Assembly (NCBI GenBank): GCA_963768655.1
Contig: CAVYIM010000003.1
Location: forward strand, 576,001 to 640,000
DNA length: 64,000 bases
Direction: 5' to 3'
DNA from: an uncultured Chloroflexia bacterium
Lineage (GTDB): Bacteria > Chloroflexota > Limnocylindria > Limnocylindrales > CSP1-4
Positions within the stretch are counted from its first letter, which is position 1; each line of letters starts with the position of its first letter. Both the position numbers and the translations under genes were made by a program. Below the pieces are notes generated by a model. It saw only the letters and a list, made by a program, of their open reading frames with translations. It did not search any database and had not been told where the DNA came from. Shown piece after piece: positions 20,573-29,344 of this stretch.

Positions 20573-20857
20573 TCAGCGCCAGCCGAACGAGCGACGCCGG
20601 CCGCCGAGGCTTCCGACGACGAAGACCACGATCAGCGCACCGACCACCGCGACGATGATGCTCGTGGTGTTGACGCCGGTCACGTTGGCGATCTTGAGGA
20701 CATCTGCGGCAATCCATCCGCCGACGATGGCGCCCACGATACCGAGCACGACCATCATCACCAGGCTCTCACGGGACCCGGAAATGAGGCTGGCGAGGAA
20801 GCCGGCGATCGCGCCGACGACGAGCCAGGTGAGGAGAGTCATATTGGGAATATCCAC
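20573..20857 (-). CDS. GlsB/YeaQ/YmgE stress-response membrane protein
   Basis: WLVVGAIAGFLA...LGIVGAIVGGWI...IVAVVGALIV. Confidence 0.9.
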   Translation of the reverse strand: MDIPNMTLLTWLVVGAIAGFLASLISGSRESLVMMVVLGIVGAIVGGWIAADVLKIANVTGVNTTSIIVAVVGALIVVFVVGSLGGRRRSFGWR

Positions 20858-20926
20858 GGGATTCCTTCTTTCTTGTTGAGCGCATGCCGGAAGCCGGGCG
20901 ACGGGGCTGCGCGAGTAGCGGCCGGA

Positions 20927-21340
20927 TTATGCGAGGGCGGGCTCGTGCCGGAAGATCGCGAGGCCCCAGAGAACGATCAGTTCGACGATCGTCCAGCCGA
21001 CAAAGGCGACGACTGCGGCGACATCGAGCACGGAGCCGCCGGAGGAAGCGGCGCTGATGCGCAGGATCCCCTGGAACGGCGCGGCGACGAGCCCGCCAAC
21101 GTTGTTGATGATCGCAACGAGCAGGTTCCCTGTGCGTGCGTCGAGCAGCAGCAAGACGATCCGCAGGCCGAGCACGATCTGGATCAGGCCGAAGACGAGG
21201 ACGACGATGCGGCGGGTTGTCTCATTGTTGCTGGGCCGATAGTCGAACTGGCGCCTGGTGGTGGTCCGGTTGCGAAGGCCACCGGACTCGGTGGGCGTCG
21301 GCGCGTCGGTGGTGACGCTCCGCTGTTCCTGAACTGTCAC
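20927..21340 (-). CDS. YggT-like membrane protein
   Basis: LGLRIVLLLL...LVAAPFQGI...AAVVAFVGW. Confidence 0.75.
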   Translation of the reverse strand: MTVQEQRSVTTDAPTPTESGGLRNRTTTRRQFDYRPSNNETTRRIVVLVFGLIQIVLGLRIVLLLLDARTGNLLVAIINNVGGLVAAPFQGILRISAASSGGSVLDVAAVVAFVGWTIVELIVLWGLAIFRHEPALA

Positions 21341-21416
21341 GGTGGTCTTCTTCCCGGCGACGGACGATGGACCTGCACCCGGCCATCAAGCCGGTGGGGC
21401 CTTCGATCCGTTGTCA

Positions 21417-21911
21417 CTATTCGATAGTGGACCTGCCGCCGGGCGTGTCGCGAGGATGAAAACCCCCTGCTGAACAGGCGTCGGAGTGGGCGCCGCCGCT
21501 ACGGCAGAGCCGGGTGCGGGGCCTGGTGAGACCGGCGCGTCGGGACACGATCGCGAAGCCGAGGATCGACGCGGGTGCAAAGCCGGCCAGCGTGACCAGG
21601 CGCGGCGCCCTCGCCAGACGGAGGCCAGCACCCAGACCGATCGAGGCGACCGCCAGGAGTCGCAGCGCCGAATCGGGCATCGTTTGCAGGCCGGTTACCG
21701 TGCTCCCCGCGCCGGATTGCACGCGGTCGAAGGCCCCCGGAAGCCGATCGCCGACCTGACCCGCGCGATGGCGCGCCGCGCCGGCGATTTCCGGCACGTG
21801 CCCGATAGCCTTGGCCACCCCGGTGCGTGCCTGATCGATCGCAGCTCGCGCGCCGGCGAACGACGCCTGTCCGTTGTCCTGGGTTTCCATCGTGATCTCC
21901 GTCGTAGTCAT
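21417..21911 (-). CDS. hypothetical protein (amphipathic N-terminus, C-terminal TM)
   Basis: ORF downstream of motif copy D; 3' end uncertain. Confidence 0.5.
   Translation of the reverse strand: MTTTEITMETQDNGQASFAGARAAIDQARTGVAKAIGHVPEIAGAARHRAGQVGDRLPGAFDRVQSGAGSTVTGLQTMPDSALRLLAVASIGLGAGLRLARAPRLVTLAGFAPASILGFAIVSRRAGLTRPRTRLCRSGGAHSDACSAGGFHPRDTPGGRSTIE
21450..21467 (-). promoter_or_regulatory. conserved promoter motif, copy C
   Basis: GGGGGTTTTCATCCTCGC-N20-CACTAT, identical to copy A. Confidence 0.65.
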
Positions 21912-22013
21912 GTTGAGGTGCTGGGTCGTGTCCACGGCCCAAGGCCTGGCGGGTTGGACGCCGGACGACGTACTCGCCCTCATGTAGCAACGTGGGCGTC
22001 CGCAGACAGTCTT

Positions 22014-22031
22014 GCGAGGATGGAAACCCTG
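22014..22031 (-). promoter_or_regulatory. conserved promoter motif, copy D
   Basis: CAGGGTTTCCATCCTCGC-N19-CACGTT. Confidence 0.6.
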
Positions 22032-22120
22032 CCCTGAGGACGTCGGTTGTGCCGGTCTCTGTTGGGCCGGTCGGGACCTGGGTCCACTTCACTCGATCGC
22101 CAACCTAGAATGTGAACAAC

Positions 22121-25100
22121 ATGGCGCGACCGGCGATCCCAGCGGAATCTCAGCTCGTCGTGATCGGATCCTCGGCGGGCGGAATCGAGGCGCTCTCGCG
22201 CGTGGTCGCGAGCCTGCCGGCCGACTTCCCGGCGCCGATCGTGATCGCGCAGCACCTCGACCCCCGCCGCCCCAGCCATCTGCACGAGATCCTGGCCCGC
22301 CACGCAACTCTGCCCGTCCGAGTGGTCGAGGAGCGCGAAGCCCTGGAGGACGGCGTGATCTTCGTCGTTCCTTCGAACCGGATCGTGGAGATCAGCCACG
22401 GCGACCTCCGGCTTCGCGCAGCCAAAGCCGGTGCCGTCGCACCCTCCATCGATGTGCTGTTCGAGAGCGCGGCCAGTGTCTTCGGCCCCGGGCTCATCGC
22501 CGTGATCCTGACCGGCAGCGGGTCCGACGGATCCTCGGGAGCCTGGCACGTCAAGAAGGCCGGCGGAGCGGTCGTCATCGAGAACCCCGCGACGGCCATG
22601 TTTCCCTCGATGCCCAGCTCGATACCCCCGTCCCTGGTCGACGCGACAGCTGATCTCGACTCGATTGGATCGATCCTGTGCGATCTGCTGGCGGCCGGCA
22701 ATGCTCCGGCGGAGGGGCCCGACTACGACGAGCTTGGCAAGCTCCTCGAGCGGATCCACGCGCGAAGCGGCATCGATTTCCGCAGCTACAAGCCGGCTAC
22801 GATCCTGCGGCGTTTGCGCGGCCGGATGAACGCCACTTCTCGCCCAACGCTCGCCGGGTACGCGGCGTTGCTGGAATCCGATCCCGAGGAGTTCGCCAGG
22901 CTCCTCAACAGCCTCCTGATCAAGGTCACGGAGTTCTTCCGGGACCCGAAACTCTTCGAGTACCTGGGCGCCCATGTCCTCCCCGAGTTGATCGCGGAGG
23001 CCCGGCGCGAACAGCGGGAACTCCGCATCTGGTCGGCCGGGTGCTCCACGGGCGAAGAGGCCTACTCCCTGGCCGTCGTCGTTGCCGAAGCCCTCGGAGA
23101 CGAGCTCCCGTGGCCGGATGTCCGGATCTTCGCGACTGACATCGACCGTGAGGCGATCGCCTTCGCCCGCCGGGGGATCTATCCGCCGGCAGCCCTCAAG
23201 GGCCTGCCCGCAGGCGCTCGAGACCGCTACTTCGTGAAATCGGACGGGGGATACGAGGTCGCCAAACGGTTGCGCACCCTGATGGTGTTCGGCGAGCACG
23301 ACCTCGGCGAGCGAGGGCCCTTCCCGCGAATCGATCTGCTGCTCTGCCGGAACGTGCTGATCTACTTCGCCGCGCCGATGCAGCGGATCGCCCTCGAGAC
23401 GTTCGCGTTCTCGTTGCGGCCAGGCGGTCGGCTGGCCCTCGGCACGTCCGAGAGCGTCATGGCCCTGCCGGAGCCGTTCGAAGAGGAGCACGCGCGACTG
23501 CGGGTCTATCGGCGGCGGCCCGGGAGCTACGCGATCCCACCGATGCGACCGGTGGCGCTCCACCCGCGTCGGAGCCAGGAATCTCAGCTCGATCAGGCCA
23601 TCCGAGTCACGCACCGCGACGTCCAGCGCGTGGCGGAATCGTCGTCGTCGGCGGATAGCCTGCTGCTCAACCTGACGGTGGGCATCGTCGTCGTCGACCC
23701 GCGCTACTACATCGTGCGGATCAACTCCGCGGCCCGCCAGATGCTCGGGATCCACGGCGCGGCCTACGACCAGGACTTCGTCCATCTCGCCGAGGTTCTT
23801 CCGCCCAGTGCGATCCGAGCTGCCATCGACTCCGCGCTGGCGGGCAAGAAGACCACGTCCGTGTTCGAGGTGGAGCCCACGGATGCCGCCAGCGAGACAG
23901 CCCATTTCGTGGAGGCCACCGTCCGCCCTTACCGGGTCGAGGACCGCGCCATCGAAGGCGTCGTCGTCGAGCTGACGGACGTAAGCAGGCTCGAGCAGGA
24001 GCGTCGAGCCGGCGTCCGGACACGGGAGCGACTCGAGAAGGCGGTCGCCACGAACGGCCGGCTCCTTCGAGCGAACGAGGAGCTGACCGCCCTGGTCGCC
24101 GAGCTCAGGTCGGCGAACGAAGCGATGCTCCTGGCCAGCGAGGACGCGCAGGCCACTCGCGAGGAAGTGGAAACCGTCAACGAGGAGTTCCAGGCCACCA
24201 ACGAGGAGCTCGAAACCCTCAACGAGGAGCTGACTGCCAGCGTCGAGGAGCTGCGGGTCGCGAACGAGGATCTCGCGACTCGCACCGAAGAGCTCAGCGA
24301 GCAGGCGGTCGTGCTGGAGCAGCAGCGGTTGAGCATCCAGGAGGAGCACGATCGTCTGCGATCGATCCTGGCGAGCCTGGGCGACGCGGTCGTCGCGGTC
24401 GACTACGAGGGCCGCATTATGACGACAAACGACGCCTACGATCGGCTCTTTGGCAACGCCGAGATCGAGCCCGAGGATGCCGCCGGCCTCCCGATTCCAC
24501 CGGCAGACTGGCCTCTGAGACGGGCTGCCCGAGGCGAACGGTTCCGTATGGAATTCGCGGTCGCCCGGCCCGGGCAGAGTAGACGCTGGTTCGAGGCCGT
24601 GGCGGAGCCGCTCACCGCCGGTGACCGAACCTGGGGCGGCGTGCTGACGATCCGGGACCTTTCCGAACGCACGATGCGGCTCAGCCTGGAGCGGCTGATG
24701 GCCGCTGCGGGTCACGAGCTCAAGACCCCGGTGGCCGCCCTGCATGGATACCTCCAGCTCGTCGAAAGGAACCTCGGCCCGGAGAGCTCCACGCAGGCCC
24801 GGACTTATGCGGCCCGGTCGCTGGTGCAGACCAGGCAGATCGGGGAACTCATCGAGCGTCTCTTCGACGTCAGCCTCATCCAGGGCGGCAACCTCGAGCT
24901 CATCACCGCGCCGATCGATCTCATTGCGGTCGTGCGCGATGCAGTCGACGTTGCCGGGACATTGCCGAAGGCGCCGCCGATCCGGGTCTCGGCGACCGCT
25001 GGACCGATCCTCGTCCAGGCGGATGCTGTTCGCCTGGAGCAGGTCTTCGTCAATCTCCTCTCGAACGCCGTCGAGCACGCGGGCAGCTCGCCGACCATCG

Positions 25101-25396
25101 GCGTGTCCGTGAGCCGATCCGGCACGACGGCCGTCGTCGAGGTCCGCGACCACGGTCCGGGGATAGCCAGCGAGGTTCTGCCGCAGCTGTTCCAGCCCTA
25201 CGCGCGGCTGGGGCACAAGCCGTCTGGCGGGCTGGGTCTTGGACTCTACCTGGCACGCGAGATCGTGATCGCGCATGGCGGAACGATCGAAGCCGAATCG
25301 ACCCTCGGCGAGGGAACTACCCTCACCGTTCGGCTCCCGCTCCGGCGGCGGAGGTCTCGCCGCGAGGCCGCTCCGGCGGCGGAGGCAGGATTGTGA
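22121..25396 (+). CDS. CheB-CheR-PAS-histidine kinase fusion
   Basis: IGSSAGG/QHL/LTGSGSDG (CheB), VTEFFRD/WSAGCSTGEEAYS/CRNVLIY (CheR), NEE..ATNEELET coil, GHELKTP, GLGLGL. Confidence 0.93.
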   Translation: MARPAIPAESQLVVIGSSAGGIEALSRVVASLPADFPAPIVIAQHLDPRRPSHLHEILARHATLPVRVVEEREALEDGVIFVVPSNRIVEISHGDLRLRAAKAGAVAPSIDVLFESAASVFGPGLIAVILTGSGSDGSSGAWHVKKAGGAVVIENPATAMFPSMPSSIPPSLVDATADLDSIGSILCDLLAAGNAPAEGPDYDELGKLLERIHARSGIDFRSYKPATILRRLRGRMNATSRPTLAGYAALLESDPEEFARLLNSLLIKVTEFFRDPKLFEYLGAHVLPELIAEARREQRELRIWSAGCSTGEEAYSLAVVVAEALGDELPWPDVRIFATDIDREAIAFARRGIYPPAALKGLPAGARDRYFVKSDGGYEVAKRLRTLMVFGEHDLGERGPFPRIDLLLCRNVLIYFAAPMQRIALETFAFSLRPGGRLALGTSESVMALPEPFEEEHARLRVYRRRPGSYAIPPMRPVALHPRRSQESQLDQAIRVTHRDVQRVAESSSSADSLLLNLTVGIVVVDPRYYIVRINSAARQMLGIHGAAYDQDFVHLAEVLPPSAIRAAIDSALAGKKTTSVFEVEPTDAASETAHFVEATVRPYRVEDRAIEGVVVELTDVSRLEQERRAGVRTRERLEKAVATNGRLLRANEELTALVAELRSANEAMLLASEDAQATREEVETVNEEFQATNEELETLNEELTASVEELRVANEDLATRTEELSEQAVVLEQQRLSIQEEHDRLRSILASLGDAVVAVDYEGRIMTTNDAYDRLFGNAEIEPEDAAGLPIPPADWPLRRAARGERFRMEFAVARPGQSRRWFEAVAEPLTAGDRTWGGVLTIRDLSERTMRLSLERLMAAAGHELKTPVAALHGYLQLVERNLGPESSTQARTYAARSLVQTRQIGELIERLFDVSLIQGGNLELITAPIDLIAVVRDAVDVAGTLPKAPPIRVSATAGPILVQADAVRLEQVFVNLLSNAVEHAGSSPTIGVSVSRSGTTAVVEVRDHGPGIASEVLPQLFQPYARLGHKPSGGLGLGLYLAREIVIAHGGTIEAESTLGEGTTLTVRLPLRRRRSRREAAPAAEAGL

Positions 25397-26001
25397 TCCG
25401 CTTGGCGATAGTCGAGGATCATCCTGCAATCGCCGAGGGGCTCACGGCGCTGCTGCGGGGCGAGCCCGACGTGACCGTCGTCGGGACGGCCCCGGACGAT
25501 GTGGCGGCCGACCATCTCATCGCTGCCCAATCCCCCGACGTCGTCTTGTGCGACATCCGTCTGGCCGGGACCGTGGACGGGCTGGAGGTCCTCGCCCGCC
25601 ACACGCCGGGCCCGGCATTCATCATGCTGAGCGCGTACTCGTATCCAAGCTATTACGTCGCCGCGGTCGAGCACGGAGCGAAGGGCTACCTCTCGAAGAT
25701 GGCGACCATCGAGCAAATCCTCAGAGCAGTGCGCACGGTCGCTGCTGGAGGCACCGCATTCCCGGACGGCGTCCGCCGAGCCGTCCGCACGGCGCTTCGT
25801 TCGCCGACTCCGCGCGAGGCCCAGATCCTGGCGCTCGTGGCCGAGGGCCTCGGTAACGCGGAGATCGCCGAACGTCTGTCGCTCCGGCTCAAGACTGTCG
25901 AGAGCCAGCTCCGGCGCATGTTCGATCGCTACGACGTGACGAACCGGACCTCGCTGGTGCGCGTCGCCCAACGGCAGGGCTGGATCGAAGGCGATCGCTA
26001 G
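25393..26001 (+). CDS. NarL/LuxR family response regulator
   Basis: IVEDH, LCDIRL, GYLSK; TPREAQILALVAEGLGNAEIA HTH. Confidence 0.93.
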   Translation: MIRLAIVEDHPAIAEGLTALLRGEPDVTVVGTAPDDVAADHLIAAQSPDVVLCDIRLAGTVDGLEVLARHTPGPAFIMLSAYSYPSYYVAAVEHGAKGYLSKMATIEQILRAVRTVAAGGTAFPDGVRRAVRTALRSPTPREAQILALVAEGLGNAEIAERLSLRLKTVESQLRRMFDRYDVTNRTSLVRVAQRQGWIEGDR

Positions 26002-26125
26002 TCCGTGCCGGGGACTGTCAGGTCGGTGGTAGACCTGCGGCTTGAGGCACCACGAAGGCCCGCGAACCGGACTAACCCAGCCTCAGCCGGTTGCGGCGCC
26101 GTTTCGTAGATGGTATATATAACCC

Positions 26126-26716
26126 ATGACAGCTAACCCGCCGGATAACCGGTACCGCCGACGTTTCCTGGTCGAATTCACCCCCGCCGAGTCCGATCTT
26201 GCGGAGCGGCTCGGGGCTGTTCACGGCTCCAAGCGCCGGGCGATCGTGACCGGGTTGGGATTGCTGGAGAGCGGCGAAGTAGAGGCGCTCCGCGGCCAAG
26301 TCGCCGCGCTGGAGAAGGAGCGTGATGCCGCCAGGGCGGCCGCCTCCAGGGCCGGTGAGAGCCTCAAGGCCGCGAAGGAGCGGGCTGCAAACGCGAAGGA
26401 AGCCGCCGCCGAGCTGCGCGCCGAGCGGGCTGCCCACAACAAGACGAAGGCGGAACTCGCCCAAGCTCGCCGCGAAATGGCATCAACTCTAGAGGCGCTC
26501 ACAGCTGCACAATCTGAGCTGCAGCGCTACGCGTCGAGCCTTCCGACCATGGCCTACTGCCGCGAATGCGACAAGTTCGTGCCACTGACCGAATGGAGCG
26601 AACGGGCCGCCGAGGGTGGCGTCGTGCACGTCTACCACAACAAGCACGAATATCGACCCAGGGGCTCGATAACGAAGTACGCCACAGTCATGTTCATGAG
26701 AGGAGGGACCAAGTGA
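26126..26716 (+). CDS. hypothetical protein (RHH-like N-terminus, coiled coil, CxxC..HxxH)
   Basis: RRFLVEFTPAE...SKRRAIV; long Ala/Glu coil; YCRECD...HNKH. Confidence 0.7.
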   Translation: MTANPPDNRYRRRFLVEFTPAESDLAERLGAVHGSKRRAIVTGLGLLESGEVEALRGQVAALEKERDAARAAASRAGESLKAAKERAANAKEAAAELRAERAAHNKTKAELAQARREMASTLEALTAAQSELQRYASSLPTMAYCRECDKFVPLTEWSERAAEGGVVHVYHNKHEYRPRGSITKYATVMFMRGGTK

Positions 26717-27144
26717 GCGAACAACTTGCCGGAATGCCGGCCTCGATCCTCGGGCCGGAGCCGAGTCTGCTGACCATCATCGCCCTGCTCTTGCTCTGGA
26801 TCTCGGGCGCGTTCGAGCGGGCCCTTGCGGAGGCCTTCCTGCCCGCAGCTCCAGCCCGACCGCCTTCGATCCACCTGGCAAGGCCGCGCCTGGTACCCAT
26901 GTCCGCGGAGAGGGCTGCCATCGGCAGCCAGACGCCCGTCGAGCCTGTCAGCGCCGACGACGTGGCCTTGATCAGCTGGTCGCTCACCGAGGCCCTCGAC
27001 GAGGTCCTCAAGGCCATCCCGACGCCGCGGGCCAAGGCGCTGTTAAGACTGCTAATAGAGGAGATCCGTCCTTATTCAGGCGGGCCTGGTCGCAATGGCT
27101 CGTCCCGTATCGGCTGCGGGCGTAGCAGGTGTAGTAGGCGTTAG
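26713..27144 (+). pseudogene. small membrane ORF fused to an LSR-like C-terminal fragment
   Basis: TM N-terminus followed by ...TPRAKALLRLLIEEIR. Confidence 0.5.
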
Positions 27145-27180
27145 CGCTTACCGCCGCGACCGCGAGCAGCTGCGCCGATC
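27067..27180 (-). pseudogene. inverted LSR zinc-ribbon fragment
   Basis: Minus strand reads IGAAARGRGGKR / (frameshift) NAYYTCYARSRYGTSHCDQARLNKD. Confidence 0.6.
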
Positions 27181-27300
27181 ATCCGTGGTCGTCTCGCCGA
27201 TGGACATCCGGCCCACCTACCGAGTGCCGGCGATGACGGCCCCGGCAGAACCGCTGCCGGCCTCCGCCGACGCGGTTTGCCGTGCGGAGGCTATGGTGGA
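27181..27300 (+). pseudogene. LSR-like extreme C-terminus running into the tRNA att site
   Basis: VVSPMDIRPTYRVP...VCRAEAMVEMRGLEP. Confidence 0.6.
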
Positions 27301-27369
27301 GATGAGGGGACTCGAACCCCTGACCCCCGCGATGCGAACGCGGTGCTCTCCCAGCTGAGCTACATCCCC
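27294..27369 (-). tRNA. tRNA-Ala(CGC)
   Basis: GGGGATGTAGCTCAGCTGGGAGAGCACCGCGTTCGCATCGCGGGGGTCAGGGGTTCGAGTCCCCTCATCTCCACCA; 76 nt, G3:U70 pair, CCA end. Confidence 0.97.
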
Positions 27370-27566
27370 ACGCGAGCGAGGGGCAGTCTAGCACAGGCCC
27401 CGGCGAACAAACCCCAGGATCTCGTGCATTGAATGCAACTTGGGCGCGGCCCGAGGCGGCCCGCGGCCACGCGCGATGTCGGGGCCGGTTCGAGCGCGGC
27501 CCGGGCGGGCATTCTGGTCAGATTCGTCATCTAGGACCTGTAGGCGGCCCTGGAGGGCTTCTACGC

Positions 27567-27803
27567 GACGAGCTGGAGCAAGCGGTGATGGCTCAGATGC
27601 GCGAGGTCTACTCCAGCACTGCGCTGATCGAGTCGGCGCTGACCGAGGCTCAGGCCGAGCTGGCGCAGACGGAGACCGCGCAATCCGAACGCCTGGCCGG
27701 GATCGAAGCGGAAGCGGTCGACCTGCGGACCCGGATCGAGCGTTACTTCGCGAGCTTCGAGGCAGGAGAGTTGAGCCCGCAGATGGCCGGGAAGCCGGGG
27801 TAG
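27567..27803 (+). pseudogene. LSR-like coiled-coil fragment
   Basis: DELEQAVMAQMREVY...RIERYFASFEAGELSP. Confidence 0.6.
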
Positions 27804-28043
27804 CACAGGTCCAGATTTCGCCTTGGCTCGGGCTTGTTTTCGATCCGAGATACCGGTCTGGATCGCGAGATCAAGCGTGGATCCGAGATCGATCGAGCTG
27901 TTGCGGGCTCCAAGCGCGCCGTCCACGACCCTCGGAATTGGTCCGGTGCTACCCGGGTTTGCATATGTCCAGGTCGCGGCGGCCGAGCGGCGAGCGGCGC
28001 CGCGGGCGCGGGCGGCGGGGCGGTCGAGCCGGAGGCTCGGGGG

Positions 28044-28071
28044 TTGACTATTAGAACACATGTTCTAGTAT
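28044..28071 (+). promoter_or_regulatory. promoter with LexA SOS box
   Basis: TTGACT-N16-TAGTAT with GAAC-ACAT-GTTC (28054-28065) in the spacer. Confidence 0.88.
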
Positions 28072-28081
28072 AGGTGGTCCC

Positions 28082-29344
28082 ATGGCCACCCCTTCCCCAA
28101 CCGTCCAGGCCGCTCTCGCGTCCCTTCGGGAACGCTGGGGCGGGGCAGCTCCACGCTGGGGCGGGGAGGTTCTGGGGGCGCTGGCAGTTGCGCCGCGGCC
28201 TATTCCGGAAGACGAGGTGCGGCCGATGGGCCGCCCGGCGATCGCGCCGGTCACCTCGGACGAGCGCGCTGTACCTACCGGCTTTCGTGCACTGGATGCC
28301 ATCCTCGGTCTGGGTGGGCTGCCTCGGACCTCGACCATCGCCCTCCAGGGAGACGGAACGAGCGGCAAGACCACCCTTGCGCTGCGGGCCGTCGCCCAGG
28401 TCCAGGCCGCCGGCGGGATAGCAGCCTACCTGGACCTCGCGCGGAGCCTCGATCCGGTGGAAGCGGCAGCCCGGGGCGTTGCGCTCGAATGGCTGGTCGT
28501 CCTCACGCCGGACACTTTCGAGGAGGCGCTGTCGATGGCGGCGATGCTCCTCCAGGATCGAACGGTCGACCTGCTGCTGCTGGACCTGCCGCAGCTGACG
28601 GGCGATCGCACGGGACTGCCCGCGGCCGCTCTTGGCGAGCGATTGCACCGCCTGGCGGCGCTGGCGCGTCGAGCCGAGATCCAGCTGCTGGTGCTCGAGC
28701 CGCCGAATCTGCCCGCTCCTATGGCTGGCGCACTTGCCCAGGTCGCGGCGCTCCGCCTGGAGCTGAGCCGGCGGGCATGGATCAGGCTCGGCCGTGACGT
28801 CGTAGGGCAGCGGACCGAGGTGCGTGTCTCGAGGGATCGGTACGGGCCGCCGGGGCGAAAGGCGGAGGTTCGAATCCTGTACGCGGAGGGAGGTCTACGG
28901 GATGCGTGCCTGGCCCGCGACGAACTGCTCGGGAAGATGGAGCCTCGAGGCGGGCCGCGCGTTGCCGCCGCCCTGGGCGCCGCCGCCTCGCAGGCTGGGG
29001 CCGCGCACTTTGGGGCCGCGCCGCCCGGTGGCTCGCGGCCGGTCCCCGGCTATTCAGCGGCCCGGCCGTCGCCGCTCCCTGGTCATATCCCTCTCCCGGT
29101 TTCCACCGATGCGACTCCTCCATCTCTACTGGCCCCACCTTCTAATTCGCCTGGCACGAGCCCGGTCTTCCGCACCCTTCGAGGCGGAGCCGATCGTGCT
29201 GGGAGGCATGCCGTGGATCAACGGGCCGGTTCTAGACGCGAGCAGGTCGGCGCTGGAGCTGGGGGTCCGGCCGGGCATGCCGCTCGGCGCGGCTCACCGG
29301 CTGGTGCCGGAGGCGCGATTCCTCGACCCGAGCCCGGAGGCTGA
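28082..29344 (+). CDS. imuA: ImuA-like/RecA-like mutasome protein
   Basis: VPTGFRALDAILGLGGLPR, GDGTSGKTTLA, AAYLD, LLLLD; upstream of imuB. Confidence 0.75.
   Translation: MATPSPTVQAALASLRERWGGAAPRWGGEVLGALAVAPRPIPEDEVRPMGRPAIAPVTSDERAVPTGFRALDAILGLGGLPRTSTIALQGDGTSGKTTLALRAVAQVQAAGGIAAYLDLARSLDPVEAAARGVALEWLVVLTPDTFEEALSMAAMLLQDRTVDLLLLDLPQLTGDRTGLPAAALGERLHRLAALARRAEIQLLVLEPPNLPAPMAGALAQVAALRLELSRRAWIRLGRDVVGQRTEVRVSRDRYGPPGRKAEVRILYAEGGLRDACLARDELLGKMEPRGGPRVAAALGAAASQAGAAHFGAAPPGGSRPVPGYSAARPSPLPGHIPLPVSTDATPPSLLAPPSNSPGTSPVFRTLRGGADRAGRHAVDQRAGSRREQVGAGAGGPAGHAARRGSPAGAGGAIPRPEPGG

Larger units (their letters stand above)
9171..27300. mobile_element. putative composite genomic island/cassette array integrated at the tRNA-Ala(CGC) 3' end
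   Basis: Bounded by an att-like repeat and the tRNA 3' end; LSR-like remnant at the tRNA; accessory gene content. Confidence 0.55.

Noticed and set aside
21426-21445. AGTGGACCTG as another att copy
   Set aside because: Lacks GACT and CGAACC; better explained as the -10 region of motif copy C.
21980-25429. Long antisense/alternative-frame ORFs (e.g. 1149 aa here; also 35627-37684 and 44281-45912)
   Set aside because: Shadow ORFs expected at high GC overlapping well-supported genes.
27840-27900. GATC-dense stretch as a replication origin or methylation cluster
   Set aside because: Short, no DnaA boxes, and GATC is frequent throughout this window.
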